Numbered from the stretch's first letter, positions 34,525 to 46,956 are shown. The stretch: DNA of 64,000 bases from Caecitellus pseudoparvulus (GCA_965644315.1 CBFFRQ010000013.1:372001-436000), one strand, 5' to 3'. Program-made: numbers and translations. The notes: generated by a model not told the origin, from the sequence alone.

Positions 34525-36802
34525 CTAGTCCTTGCCTTCCGCCTCCAGTGCTGCACCAAAGTCGCGCACCAAGCGCACGCCAGCCTTGTTGCGCTCAGGC
34601 TTCGCCGGACGCTCACCAGCAAGCATGGGCAAGCGCCCCCCCGTGGCAGGGGGCGATGCGAACCGCTCCAAGTCTGCGCGAGTGGGCGCCTCCCGCACCG
34701 CCTCGAGCGTGGCGTTGGCCTCGGCGCCTGAGCCAGCCGTGGCAAAGACACGGGCACGCTCCCGGTCCCACGCACGCCCCTCCTTCTCCATGCGGGCCAA
34801 GTAGTCCTTGGCACTATACTCAATGTAGGCTTTGTGCACCTTGTAGGCGACAGATGCGTCCACGAGGCTGCCTGGCGGAGCTGTCCAGTCCGGGATGTCG
34901 CGGCGACAGAGCGCCGCCCAGAAATTCCCTGCCCGCCGCCCGCCCAGCAAGTACTCCCTGAACTGCTTGGCAGTGCCACACATCCTGCTGATGGTGGCCG
35001 CTTCTGCGTACGACAGGATCTCCTTCAGCAGGAACGCTGGCAGCAGTTTCACCATCTCCAGTGTCGGGTCCAGCCCATCCAGGATAGGGAATCGTGCCGC
35101 CAACTGCGCCCGCTCCGCCGCCGTCGCGACGCGGGTGGGCAGGATGTCCGATGCGAAGCGACTCAGCCGCGCGATGATGGCCTTCAGCTTGTGTGTCGTG
35201 TGCGCCTGCTCCGCCAGCTGCCCCTGCACCGCCGCCAGCTCCGCCCGGATGGCAGCGGTGGACTTTTCGATGTTGGGGCGGGGTTTGTTCTTGATTTGCG
35301 CCGCCGCGTCGCCGTAGCGGAGGGAGGACAGCGTCTCGCGGTAGCTGCTGGCGTGGGGGGACGCGTTCACGACCAGGTGGGTGCACTGCGAAGAAGGAGG
35401 GGTGTGCAGGGGGGGTGCCGGGCAGTGCTCGCGCCTCCCACGCCAGGCGGCCAGGAGTGCCGGGGCCAGGCGTGGACACGCACCGTGTTGCCTCCGAAAG
35501 AGGACCGCAGGAGGGAGGTGAGCTTGGAGGCGCGGTAGGGGATGTGCTGGCGCGCGCCGGCGCCGCGGCGTTTCTTGGCCTCAGCCAGTGCTCGGATGAC
35601 GGCGGCCAGGCTGAGCAGGGACTGGTTGATGAGGCGTGCCTCCTTCTGGCGGGCCTCGTTGGCACCAGTCTGGTCGAAGCGCTCGCTGCCTGCCAGGTCC
35701 ACCATGTTCAGCACAGACGCTGGGAGGGGGGGGAGGGGGGGTGCGGAGGGGGGTGCTCGCGGGTGCGGGCGTCGCCGCGACACGCACTCTGCACCGTGAC
35801 CCGCCGCTGGCGCCGGTCCTCAATGCACAGCATGAACTGCACGATGGCGTGGGAGCGAGAGGAGCGCTGGTTCGCGCCGGTTGCCGCCGTTGCCCGGTTG
35901 GTGTTGCCTAGGCGCAGCACCTCCACGAAGTCCTCCAGACTGCCCACCGTCACCTCCGTCGCGTTGGTGGTGCAGAAGTCCCCGAAATCCCGTAGCTGTA
36001 GACGGGGGCGGGTAGGCAGCAGCAGGTCCATGACGTTTTCCATGTACACTTCCACAAAGGCCACCTTCACGGTGGGGATGACGCCGGGCGGGCACAGAGA
36101 CAGCGCAGTGAAGATGTCCGACACCAGGCGTGGGATGATGCCCATGTGGGTGGGGGATAGCATGTCGGGCTGGTCCAGGGCAGGTGCCCCGGGATGGCGC
36201 AGCGGCGGCCCGAACATGGTGTGCGTCTTGCCGCTGGCAGTCTGCCCGTAGCACATGATGCAGGCGTTGATGCCAGACAGCACCGTATCCACCAGGGGCT
36301 GCCCTGCCGCCGCGTACACGTCGGACTGCGCCACCTGCCCCGGGAACACGTGCTGGAAGGCGAACCCCGTGGCGGTGCCGGCGGTAGGGTGTTGCAGCGT
36401 CACGCCCCGCCCGGACGTGTCGTACTGCACGATGTCGCCGCCACCCTGCGCCACCTCGTCCCCCGTCATGGGGCGGAATCGCACGAACACCTGGATGGCC
36501 TTCTTCTTCGCGCCCGGGCTGCTGTGGCTCGTGGCTGCTGCGGGGGCAGGGGCGGGGGGGGTGTGTGTGGGCTGCCACGCTGCGAGCAGGGGCAGTGCAG
36601 CAGGCGTGGCCTAGGCTGCACGCACCACTGGCGGCCTGGGAAGGGGCAAGGCAGGGGCAGGGTCTGTGGCCTGTGTGTGTGGCGGGGGCGCTGGTAGCGC
36701 ACGCACGACTGATGCTGGCCGGGCGTCTTCACCCTCCTTGCCGCCCCAGTGGTCGCCGGCAGCCGGCACAGCGGCACCGCCCAGAGCCTCTGCTGCTGCC
36801 AT
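34525..36802 (-). CDS. Kinesin motor protein with short coiled coil and C-terminal F-box-like domain, multi-exon
   Basis: [47 protein letters not shown]; tail [13 protein letters not shown]...[12 protein letters not shown]...FWAALCRR. Confidence 0.88.
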
Positions 36803-37022
36803 TCTGCTCTCAGCGTGGTGCACAGGGTGTGCACTGTTCGTGGACACGTGTGGGGGAGCAGTGCAGTGCCGGGTTCCAGCGCCAGGGCCGCTGCCACGCT
36901 CGGCGTGGTGGGCGGCAGAAACCGACCCTGCGGCACGCTGCGTGCGACTGCACAGTTGTGCGGCGAGCCGGGAACAGTGCACACACGGAGCAGGATGCAT
37001 TCCTTGCCGCGATGTTTTGCGC

Positions 37023-39056
37023 CTATGACAGCAGTGACATGTCGTAGGGCTCCACGGGCAGGTCCTGTGCCAGCCAGGGGTGTTTGAGGGCCTCCGCCGC
37101 CGTGGGCCGCCGGGCCGGGTCCGGCTGCAGGAGCAGGTTCAGGAAGTCCACGAAGCCGGCGTCCGCTGCCGCCTCGGGGCCCAGCATGTCGTCCAGGGCC
37201 ACAGGGGCGCCCTGCAGCACGTCCACGCCCGTGCCGTCCTCGGTGAGCTGGAACACCTGCCCGTCAAAGGTGAGGTATTTCCGCACCTCGCTGCCCTTCA
37301 GCGTCATGTGGTCGGGGAAGGGCCCGTACAGGGACAGGATGCGCGCCAGCATGTTCTGCACGTGGTCGTTCACGAACAGCACCTGGCCCGTCAGCAGCTC
37401 CGGCAGGATGGCGCCCAGGCTCCACACGTCGATTTTGAAGTCATAGGGCAGGCCCAGGATGACTTCCGGCGCGCGGTAGGAGCGGGACTGGATGTAGCTG
37501 GTGAGGGAGTCGGTGATGAAGCAGGAGGAGCCGAAGTCGATGACCTTCACCTCGCAGCGGGAGAAGGACGACACCAGGATGTTCTCCGGCTTCAAGTCGC
37601 AGTGCACGATGCCGTGCGCGTGCACGAAGGCCAGTGCCTGCAGCACCTGCTTCGCGATGCGCTGCACACGGGGCAGCGTGTAGTACGTCGGCGCAGCCGC
37701 CGCCTCCAGGGCCTCCTGCAGGTCGTACAAGTTGTCTTTCAACAGCTCTGTCACGATGAACAGGTGCTCCTTGTAGTAGAAGTACTCCTTGAGGCGCAGC
37801 ACGCGTGCGGCGTCGGCGTCGCCGGCCAGGTTCAAATACCGCAGCAGCTTGACTTCGTCCAGGGACTGGTCCAGATAGTCCTTGTTGTTCTTGACCACCT
37901 TCAGACACACCTGCTCCCCTGACACCATGTCTTCACAGGACAGTGCCGAGGAGAAGGCGGCACTGCCGACGTGCTCCAGCACTCGGTAGCGCCCCGCAAT
38001 TACCGCACCCGGCTGCGCGTCGAAGTCCTTGGCGTCCGCGAAGCCCGTCTTGCTCGTCTCGTACACACACCGCAGCGCCATGGCTGCGAACTTGGCCGGC
38101 TCGCCGTCCTCATTAAACGCCGCGTCAGGTTCATCAGCTGTGAGCCAGGCTGCGCGCCACCCCGCCTCGGCCGCCGCCTGCGCCTGGGCGGCAGGGGACG
38201 CGCCCGCCGCACCCGCTGCCTGTGTAGAGGGCGGCGCCTGGGACAGGCCCTGTAGGAGGTCGGTGGGGTCCGCTGGGCGAGCTGCCCACACCGCCCCCGC
38301 CGCCGCGGGGTCCACGCCCTGCGCCTCCTCCTTCAGCGCCAGCATCTGCGCCTTGTGATCCTGCAGCTCAGCGCCGCGCTCCATGTCGCTGAAGAACTCC
38401 TCTGCGGGGCGCCAGGAGATGAGGAAGGGCACTAGTTCCCCCGCCTGGCTCCCCACATCCCAGCCCTCAGGCAGGGTGGTGGGCAGTTCTGCGCCGTGGG
38501 GCAGGGCCAGTAGGGGTGCTGGGGTGGGGCGAGGTGGCGCCACCACTGCCCCATCCAGGTCCACCGCCGGCGGGGCGGCGGCAGTGTCGGCGGAGGCAGC
38601 GCCGGTCGCTGCGACGTGGCTGGGCGGCGGCGGCTGCGCCGCCAGCTGTGCCATGGCCTGCACCGTGTCAGGAGGCAGGAGGGAAGCCAGAGCAGCGTTG
38701 GAGGCGGCCGCCGCCAGGCTGGGCGCGCCCGCAAGCTGCGGTGCCAGCAGCACTTCCTGCAACGCCAGCAGGGCGTCGGCTGGCAACGCCGGTGCCGCGG
38801 GCGGCGCTACGGGTGGCGCCACGGCCTCCTTTGCAGGCGCAGACGCAGCATCTTGTGCTGCATCAACGGGTGCGTGACCTTCCGCGGTGCGCTCGGCAGG
38901 GGCGGCGGCGGTGGGCGGCGGCGGCGGCGCAGTGCCGCCTGCGCCTCGCGTCAGCGTGTCAATGCGGCTCACACCAGCCTGCAGGTCAGCCAGGCTGGAG
39001 TTCAGCTCCGCCAGCGTCGCCAGCACGATGTCACTCATGCTTTGTGTGGAAGCCAT
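37023..39056 (-). CDS. DYRK-family dual-specificity kinase (plant/protist DYRKP-like)
   Basis: KTGF..AKDF, GSAAFS, DQSLDEVKLL, HCDLKPEN, DFGSSC, SYIQSRSYRAPE. Confidence 0.9.
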   Translation of the reverse strand: MASTQSMSDIVLATLAELNSSLADLQAGVSRIDTLTRGAGGTAPPPPPTAAAPAERTAEGHAPVDAAQDAASAPAKEAVAPPVAPPAAPALPADALLALQEVLLAPQLAGAPSLAAAASNAALASLLPPDTVQAMAQLAAQPPPPSHVAATGAASADTAAAPPAVDLDGAVVAPPRPTPAPLLALPHGAELPTTLPEGWDVGSQAGELVPFLISWRPAEEFFSDMERGAELQDHKAQMLALKEEAQGVDPAAAGAVWAARPADPTDLLQGLSQAPPSTQAAGAAGASPAAQAQAAAEAGWRAAWLTADEPDAAFNEDGEPAKFAAMALRCVYETSKTGFADAKDFDAQPGAVIAGRYRVLEHVGSAAFSSALSCEDMVSGEQVCLKVVKNNKDYLDQSLDEVKLLRYLNLAGDADAARVLRLKEYFYYKEHLFIVTELLKDNLYDLQEALEAAAAPTYYTLPRVQRIAKQVLQALAFVHAHGIVHCDLKPENILVSSFSRCEVKVIDFGSSCFITDSLTSYIQSRSYRAPEVILGLPYDFKIDVWSLGAILPELLTGQVLFVNDHVQNMLARILSLYGPFPDHMTLKGSEVRKYLTFDGQVFQLTEDGTGVDVLQGAPVALDDMLGPEAAADAGFVDFLNLLLQPDPARRPTAAEALKHPWLAQDLPVEPYDMSLLS

Positions 39057-39426
39057 GGTGTCACCTCTGTGCTCAGGCGTGCGTGCGCCGGGGTGGGCGG
39101 GCCGACCACGGTGCAGTGGAAGTGCTGCCGTTGTGCAGGCGTAGTGCCGCACAATGCCTCCCACTCGCAGGGCGCGCTGCGAGCCGCAGGCGGTGGGGAA
39201 ACGGGTAGGACGTCGTGCAGTTGTAGGTGCTGGGCATGTGTTGTGCGCGGCGTGGCCTGCACAGCCAGTGCACCCCCCCCCCTGCGCAAATGTGGCGTGG
39301 CCATCCATGCTGCTGGTGTGTGCCGGGTGGCCCGGCGCCACCTGTCACGCGCCCCCCGCCGCCAAACCAACCCCACCCGCGACATGCAGACGCCCACACC
39401 CCTCCCCCCGGCACACACAGGACACC

Positions 39427-41123
39427 ATGCAGTCCAGTACTGCACGGCGGGCGCCGGCGCGGAGGGCAGGCCCCGCCCGGGCCGCTGCCCCTCTCCGCCA
39501 GACACAGCCTGACGGGAAGGGTTTGAAGCTGGCTGACTTTGAAATCGGCTCAGCCCTCGGGCAGGGCCGCTTCGGTCGGGTGTATGCAGCAAAGTACCGC
39601 CCGACAGGCGTCAAGGTGGCCCTGAAGGTGCTGTTCAAGAAGCCCCTGAAGGAGGCGGGCTGCGTGCACCAGCTGCGCCGGGAAGTGGAGGTGCAGTCCA
39701 GGCTGCAACACCCCAACATCTTGCGTCTCTTTGGCACGTTCCACGACGCCACCAAAGTGTACCTTGTGCTGGAGTTCGCGGACGGCGGGGAGGTCTTCAA
39801 GCGCCTGGAGCGGGACGGCACGTTCGCCGAGGGCAGGGTGAGTTGTGCGCCGCCGATTTCCGCACTCGGCGCTGACACGCGGAGGCACACACACCCCGCC
39901 TCACCGCCCAGGCCGCCAAGCACGTCACAGCAGTGGTGTCTGCTCTCAAGTACATGCACGATAGAGGGGTATTCCACCGGGACTTGAAGGTACGTCAGCC
40001 ACCAGGGGCGCAAGAACCCCTCAGCGTGCCGTTAGCACCGCGCCACGCCTGACGCCCTCCCCCCCCCTCACAGCCTGAGAACCTGCTGTACGCGGCAGGG
40101 GACCGCATCATGGTGTCAGACTTTGGCTGGACAGTGCACGCGCCCACCGAGGCCGACGCCCGCCGCAAAACAGTGTGCGGCACGCCGGCCTACCTGCCGC
40201 CCGAGATGCTGCTGGGGCAGCGGCACTCCTCTGGCGCAGACGTCTGGGCCCTGGGCATTCTCGCCTTCGAGTTGCTCTTCGGCTTCACACCCTTTGACCC
40301 GCAGCACGCGCCGGAGGTGCCCGAGACCGCCCCTGCCCCGGCAGGCCCCACCGTCGCCCTGCCCGCTGACAACGCCGAGACAGCCAGCCTGTACACGCGC
40401 ATCGTGGGGGGGGCCTTCGCCTTCCCGGACACCCCCCCCGTGTCCCAGCACGCCAAGGACTTCATCTCCGCCCTCCTGGTGGTGGACCCCGCCCGGCGTC
40501 CGGACATGGCCACCGTGGCGCAGCATGCCTGGATCCGGGCTCTGGTGGACCCCGCCGCCACTCGGGCGCCGGTGTCCCCTGGTGCCGCCCTGGACAGGGC
40601 AGGCTCAGGGGTGGCTCTGCCCTCCCCCACCGCCCTGGCGGCGGGGTCCACCCGCAGTCGTGGGGCCCTGCGCGCGGCACGCCTGGCCGCAGCTGCGGAG
40701 GGTGGGCCCACCTCCCCGCCGCCGCCCCCAACCCTCGGCAGCCCTGGGCCCAGCAGGGCGGCGTCCGTGGCGCCACCCACCCTCCCCAGCTACGCCACTG
40801 GCTCCCGCTCCACAGGCGGTGGCTCCAGTGTCGGCTCCTCCACGGGGGCAGGTGTATCGTTCAGTCGCCGCTTCGGGGGGGCACGCCGGGTCGCGGCGAC
40901 GCCCACCCCCTCCACCGCCTCCGAGCAGCCCTCACGAAGGGAGCCCGCGCCGGCGCTGCGAGAGGCACGGCCGTCGGCGTCCAATGTCGCTGCGGGGCGC
41001 CCCCCCCTGACTCCTGGCAAGCGCCAGCCACAGTCCTCTGGGCCCACCCGTGGGCCCACTGCCGGGCACAGTGTCGGCAGCGCTGACTCCTCCCCCGAGG
41101 GCTGGCGACGGTACCTGATGTGA
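39427..41123 (+). CDS. Aurora-family Ser/Thr kinase (2 introns), low-complexity C-tail
   Basis: DFEIGSALGQGRFGRVY, HQLRREVEVQSRLQHPNILRL, HRDLK|PEN, DFGWTVH, RRKTVCGT. Confidence 0.9.
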
Positions 41124-41170
41124 CGGAATGCATTGCGCCGCTGGTGGCGCTGTGTGTGGGGGGGTGTGGC

Positions 41171-42225
41171 TCACAAGACACCCGCCTCCCCCTTCAGCTT
41201 GGCGATGAGCTCATCCACATCGGCCACCTTGCCGCCGCCCTGGCGCACGGGGGGGTCAGCCACCTCCACCACCGCCAGGCGCGGCTCCACGTCCACACCC
41301 ATGTCTGCGAGGGCCTTGGTGTCGATCTTCTTCTTCTTGGCCTTCATGATGTTGGGCAGGGTTGCGTAGCGAGGCTGGTTCAGGCGCAGGTCCGCGGTCA
41401 CCACTGCCGGCAGGGGCGCGGAGAGCGTCTGCAGGCCGCCGTCGATCTCGCGCACCACCTGCACGCTGGCCTTGTCGTCCGCCACGGTGACTTCGTTGGC
41501 GAAGGTGGCCTGGGGCCAGTCCAGCAGGCCTGCCAACATCTGCCCCGTCTGGTTGCTGTCGTCGTCAATGGCCTGCTTGCCCAGCACCACCATGCCGGGC
41601 TGCTCCTGCTCCACCAGGGCCGCGAGGACCTTGGCCACGGCCAGAGGCTGCACCTCCTGGTCGGTGCGGGCGTCGGTGGTGATGTGCACACCTGCGGAGG
41701 GGGTGCAGGGCGGGCGGGTGCAGGCACTGCGTGTGCCAGCGCCAGGCTGCAAACGCGGCCAGCGCACCTCGGTCAGCACCCATGGCAAGGGCGGTGCGGA
41801 TGGTCTCCTGGGCCTGCTTGGGGCCGATGGACACGGCGATCACCTGTGTAGCAAGCCAGGCACCAGTGTGGTGGTGTGCAAGGCAGCGCCGGCGCAGGCG
41901 GAAATATGCGAAGTGCACTGCCGTAACACAGTCCTGCTGGGCAGTGGGACACGTCACGCACCTCGTCGGCAATCTTCTTCTCCTTCATGCGCACAGCCTC
42001 CTCCACGGCGATCTCGCAGAATGGGTTCATGCTCATCTTCACGCTGGCAGTCTCCACAGCTGCACAGGACGAAGTTTGCAATGCCATGCGGGTGAGCCGG
42101 CGTGCTGGGCAGCACGCAGCGCCGCCTCAACCAGGCGCCCTGCAGCGCTCACCTGACTTGTCAGCCTTGATGCGGATCTTCACTGCATAGTCCACCACTC
42201 GCTTGACGCCGACCAGCACCTTCAT
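41171..42225 (-). CDS. ETFB: Electron transfer flavoprotein beta subunit, multi-exon
   Basis: [70 protein letters not shown]. Confidence 0.96.
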
Positions 42226-42484
42226 CTTGGCTGGTGTCCTACCTGGGGTTGGAACCTGGGTCTCGGCACACGAGCGCAGTGGCCGTCGACTGCTGAGACG
42301 TGGAAACGCGGGGTCTAGGGCAGTGATCGCAATGCAAGCACACTAGCATGCACAAGACGTGTGAGATGTCTGCCTTTTCGAATGTGCCGCCAGCGGGGTT
42401 GGGGGCAGGTAACAATCCGTGAGAGTCTAACAGTCACATTGCTTGCATGGATATAAGTGCAAAATATTCCTGTCACGTATCCAT

Positions 42485-42556
42485 TCCCCGATGGTGTAAT
42501 GGCTAGCACGGGACGCTCTCACCGTCCAAATCCGGGTTCAATTCCCGGTCGGGGAG
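42485..42556 (+). tRNA. tRNA-Glu(CUC) copy 1
   Basis: TCCCCGA/TCGGGGA acceptor, GGACG-CTCTCAC-CGTCC anticodon arm, T5 terminator at 42564. Confidence 0.95.
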
Positions 42557-42779
42557 TGCTATCTTTTTCGCTCACAACATGCACCTGAAACATTTTTGCT
42601 TGCTGACAAAGTTCAATCACCGTACATGCAATGATTCCACAAGTTTCACGTGCTAGCACTGTTTGGTAGCAAGAATGCGCGCCCTCGGTTTCAGTCGGTG
42701 ACTCTGTTCTTGTGAACGGCGAACACCGAAAGTTAACGTGCGCTTCAGAACAGCAAAGAACACCCTTATACGCATCCAT

Positions 42780-42851
42780 TCCCCGATGGTGTAATGGCTA
42801 GCACGGGACGCTCTCACCGTCCAAATCCGGGTTCAATTCCCGGTCGGGGAG
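42780..42851 (+). tRNA. tRNA-Glu(CUC) copy 2
   Basis: Identical to copy 1, with the same trailer and T5. Confidence 0.95.
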
Positions 42852-43242
42852 TGCTATCTTTTTCGCTCACACTCTGTCTCGTTCGGATTCACTTGTATGA
42901 AGAAGGGCTCGCTCATGCAAGTTGTGCACGATCGAAGCTCTGCATCCCTAGCCCGAAGGTCTCCGAATAGCGTGTCGTGTGAGGGTTCGCTCACCGGCTC
43001 TGGATGCTGGACGCAGCCAGGCACGGAGCACCACCTCGACAGGCCCGTGACCAGCCAGCTGTGCGGGCCTTGCGAGATCTGTGCCTCCTGGTGCTAGCAG
43101 GTTGCCTGCAGACTTGATACGGCCCAGCCGTTGCGATGGTAGAGAGCGGAGAGAACTCTTCGCCAACTCAAGTCAGACGGCTTCCGGCAGCTCGCATCTT
43201 CTTAGTTTTACATTTACAAAGAACACCCTCCTGCGCATCCAT

Positions 43243-43314
43243 TCCCCGATGGTGTAATGGCTAGCACGGGACGCTCTCACCGTCCAAATCCGGGTTCAAT
43301 TCCCGGTCGGGGAG
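43243..43314 (+). tRNA. tRNA-Glu(CUC) copy 3
   Basis: Identical to copy 1, with the same trailer and T5. Confidence 0.95.
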
Positions 43315-43472
43315 TGCTATCTTTTTCGCCGCTGCACATCCCCGGAGCGTCGCTGTGACAGAGGCTTGCGACGCCCACTTTTTCCTCTCTCTCCTAACCC
43401 ACCACTGCAGTAAGCGCAAGACCTGTTCCTGCTCTGTTGACGGTGCAAGTTTAGCGCAGAAACCCAGCCAGC

Positions 43473-45155
43473 ATGGCGCAACACGAGCGCACAGATGTCG
43501 TGGGGGAGCACGTCACACGCGGCGATGGAGGGAAAGAGTACCCGTCTGCCGGCATTCTGTCCGTGACCAACGCCCCGCCGGTGTACAAGAGTGTGGCAGA
43601 CCTGCCTGCATACTTCGGCGACTTTGGTGGGCGATTCATCCCGGAGACTCTCATGGACGCCCACAAGCAGCTGGAGGAGGTGAGGCGGCCTTGCGGAATT
43701 CCCGTCGCTCTGGGGCGCAGCACGCCGACACACGCACGCCGCCCCTCCACTGCTCGCGCAGGCCTACGTGACAGCGAGCGCCGACCCTGAATTCCGCCGG
43801 GAGTTCGAGCAGCTGGGCAAGGACTTCATCGGGCGCCCCACTCCCATGTACCACGCCAAGCGCCTGTCCGCCGAGCTGGGCGGCGCGCAGGTGAGTGCCA
43901 GCCAAGGCCAAGGCCCGTCCCCCCCCCCTCGCGTCACCTCCCTGCACGGCCGCGTGCCCGCCTCGTCCAGATCTGGTTCAAGCGTGAGGACTTGGCCCAC
44001 ACTGGCGCCCACAAGATCAACAACGCCCTGGGACAGGGCCTGCTGGCCCGCCGCCTCGGCAAGAAGCGCATCATCGCCGAGACGGGCGCCGGGCAGCACG
44101 GCGTGGCCACCGCCACGGCCTGCGCCCACCTGAACCTGGACTGCACTGTGTACATGGGCGCCGTGGACGTGCAGCGGCAGGCGCTGAATGTCTTCCGCAT
44201 GAAGATGCTGGGCGCCAAGGTGGTGCCCGTGCGCTCCGGCTCCGCCACGCTGAAGGACGCCATCAACGAGGCACTGCGTGACTGGGTGACCAATGTCGAC
44301 ACGACGCACTACATCATCGGCTCCGCCATCGGCCCGGCGCCCTTCCCTGTGCTGGTCAAGGACCTGCAATCTGTCATCGGGCGTGAGGCGCGGGAGCAGA
44401 TCCTGGCCCAGGCAGGCAAACTGCCCAGCACCGTCGTGGCCTGCGTGGGTGGCGGCTCCAACGCCATCGGCATGTTCGCAGGCTTCGTGGACGACGAGGG
44501 CGTCGCCATTCACGGCGTGGAGGCGGGCGGGCACGGCGTGCCTGGCCTCGTCGCCATCAGCGACGCGGTGGCGGCGGGCGGCTCCGCCGTGCCTGGGCAG
44601 GCCACTGGCGAGCCCACCAAGCACGACGGCGTGGAGGTGGCGCCACACTCCGCCACCATCACGGCGGGCCGCCCTGGCGTCCTGCACGGCACCCGCACCA
44701 TGCTGCTGCAGGACGCCGCTGGCCAGATCATCGAGACACACAGCATCTCAGCGGGCCTGGACTACCCAGGCGTGGGCCCGGAGCACGCCCACCTGGCGGC
44801 ATCTGGGCGCGTGCAGTACGTGGCAGCCACCGACCGGGAGGCCCTGGCAGCCCTGGTCACGGTGTCTCAAACGGAGGGCATCATCCCTGCCCTGGAGCCC
44901 TCCCACGCCCTGCACCACGCCATGAAGCTGGCGCAGACCAGCCACCGCGACCCGGCTGACATCATCCTCGTGAACCTCTGCGGCCGCGGCGACAAGGACA
45001 TGCAGCAGGTCGCTGAGGCGCTGGGCGTGGACCTCACTGACGGCACGCGGACTCAGGCGGTGGAGGTGACGGCAGCTGCCGCGGCAGCCGCGGACACAGG
45101 GGCTGCCAAGCGCTCAGCCCTGGAGGTGGATGCCGCCGCCACTGCTGCCCCTTGA
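43473..45155 (+). CDS. trpB: Tryptophan synthase beta chain, stand-alone (2 introns)
   Basis: [33 protein letters not shown] (PLP Lys), [37 protein letters not shown]. Confidence 0.95.
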
Positions 45156-45226
45156 TGCGGCGGCGCCTGACGTGCGCAGAGAACAATACATTTGTACACG
45201 GTGCCCGGCAGATAGCGGCGCAGGAG

Positions 45227-46553
45227 TCACTTGTGGTCGGCGCCGCCCGAGGCCGCAGCAGCGGCTGCCTGACTGGCACCAGCGGCGTCCGCCTTGGCCT
45301 CAGCAGCTGCGAGGATGCCAGCGGTGGATGTGGGGTCGGAGGGGGCCCCATGGGCATAGGACGAGGGGGGGTGCCCAAGCACATCCAGGGCAGCGTGCCC
45401 CGTCACAGGCGCCCCCCGGCTCAGCAACAGGGTGCAGGCGTCCCCTGCATCCCCCATGGCGGCCAGGTGCAGGGGCGTGAAGCCGCTCATGTCCCTGGCC
45501 GCCACGTCCGCCCCTGCCTCCAGCAGCGCCGTCATGATGGCCACATGCCCGCCTGAGGCAGCAGAGTGCAGGGGTGTCAGGCCGCTGCAGCAGACACTGC
45601 CGGCGTCTGCGCCCAGGGACAGCAGCAGACGCACGACACGCAGGTGTCCCGCAGAGCACGCCGTCGCCAGGGGTGTCCAGCCCTGCTTGTCCGGGGCGTC
45701 GATGTCCACCAGGTCGCCGGGGCCGGCAGGGGGGGGTCCGGGCACCGCCGCCTCCGCCTCCTCCTCCTCAGCTGCCGATGCCTTGCTGCGTGCCGACCGT
45801 AGCACAGTCTTCCCCGCCGTACTGCGCTTGGAGCCGCTGGCGGAGGCCGCTTCCGCTGCAGCGGCGGCGGCTGCCTCGGCAGCCTGTGAGCGCCGTGCCG
45901 CGTCCTGCAGGATCTGCCGGCGCTCCTCGGTCAGCTGCACCGACAGGTCTTGGATGAGTTTGATGATGGCGGGGTGGTCGTACTCTGCCGCGTAGTGGAT
46001 GGCGGTCCAGCCCTTGCCGTCGGCGTACCGTGCGTCGCAGCCCCGGCGCATGAACTCCTCCACACGCCGCGCGTCGCCGCGCCCGGCAGCCACACGCATC
46101 TCCTGCCCGTACAGCTGTTGTGGCAGGAGCAACCCAGCATACATGGCCAGGAACTCCTTGAACGTGATGCGGCCACTGGGAGGTGCGGCAGGGTGATTGA
46201 GCTCGGGGTGCAGGATGCCGGGGTCACGTCTCGGGCACGTACTCAGCGTCGGAATCCGCCACTGCCGCAGCAGAGCTGACATACTCCTCCATCAGCTCAG
46301 TGGAGAGCACGAGACCCAGTTCGGCGAACATGCTCAGCAGTTCCCCGCGCTCCAGCGTGCCGCTGCCGTCAACGTCTGCCGCAGCAAAAACCGCACGAGC
46401 AGCCAGGACCTGCTCCTCTGTTAGCCCTTCCTGGCGTGGCAAGGAGGCGATGCTGATTTCAGAGGGCTTGGACTCCAGGCTGTCATCCTTGCCCTCGCCC
46501 TCCCTTGGAGTCGGCGTGGCCCTGTGCCCAGGGTGCCGGCGCAGAGTCGGCAT
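45227..46553 (-). CDS. EF-hand + ankyrin-repeat protein
   Basis: DVDGSGTLERGEL and DSDA..GRITFKEF EF-hands; GWTAIHYAA, GWTPLATAC, GLTPLHSAA and GFTPLHLAA ankyrin repeats. Confidence 0.85.
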
Positions 46554-46956
46554 GGTCGGGCACGGTGGACTGGGCCAGGGCCAGACAAAGGCCTGCAGGA
46601 GCGGGGAAGCACGATGACGAGCAGGCTGCCTGAGGAACGGCACGAGATCCACAGCAGCCGAAAGTTTGTCCGGGACGAGCCTTTGCCCGTGTGGACTGCT
46701 TGCCGCGCCTGCACGGCTTGGGGGGGTAGCCAGGCCAAGCTGCATGCGACACTCTGAACTGTTGGACCGTCAGCCCCCCCCGCCTGGCGCCCCTCCCCCC
46801 AGCTGGCCTGCCCAAGACCCAGCCCCCGGCCTTGGGCCAGCGCAACCGACATAGCAATTCCTCACCGACCCTCCACACCGTGCATGTCACATGCACGCAC
46901 CACCCGGCATCGCCCCGAAGACCCATTGCCGCTGGCGCGCGTGCGGCGGCTGCTCG

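Noticed and set aside
41844-41961. Possible H/ACA snoRNA in an ETFB intron (CACTGCC...GGCAGTG hairpin)
   Set aside because: Only one short stem; no convincing H box, ACA box or second hairpin.
42485-43314. CRISPR-like repeat-spacer array
   Set aside because: The repeats are complete 72-nt tRNA genes with long irregular spacers in a eukaryotic locus with no cas genes.
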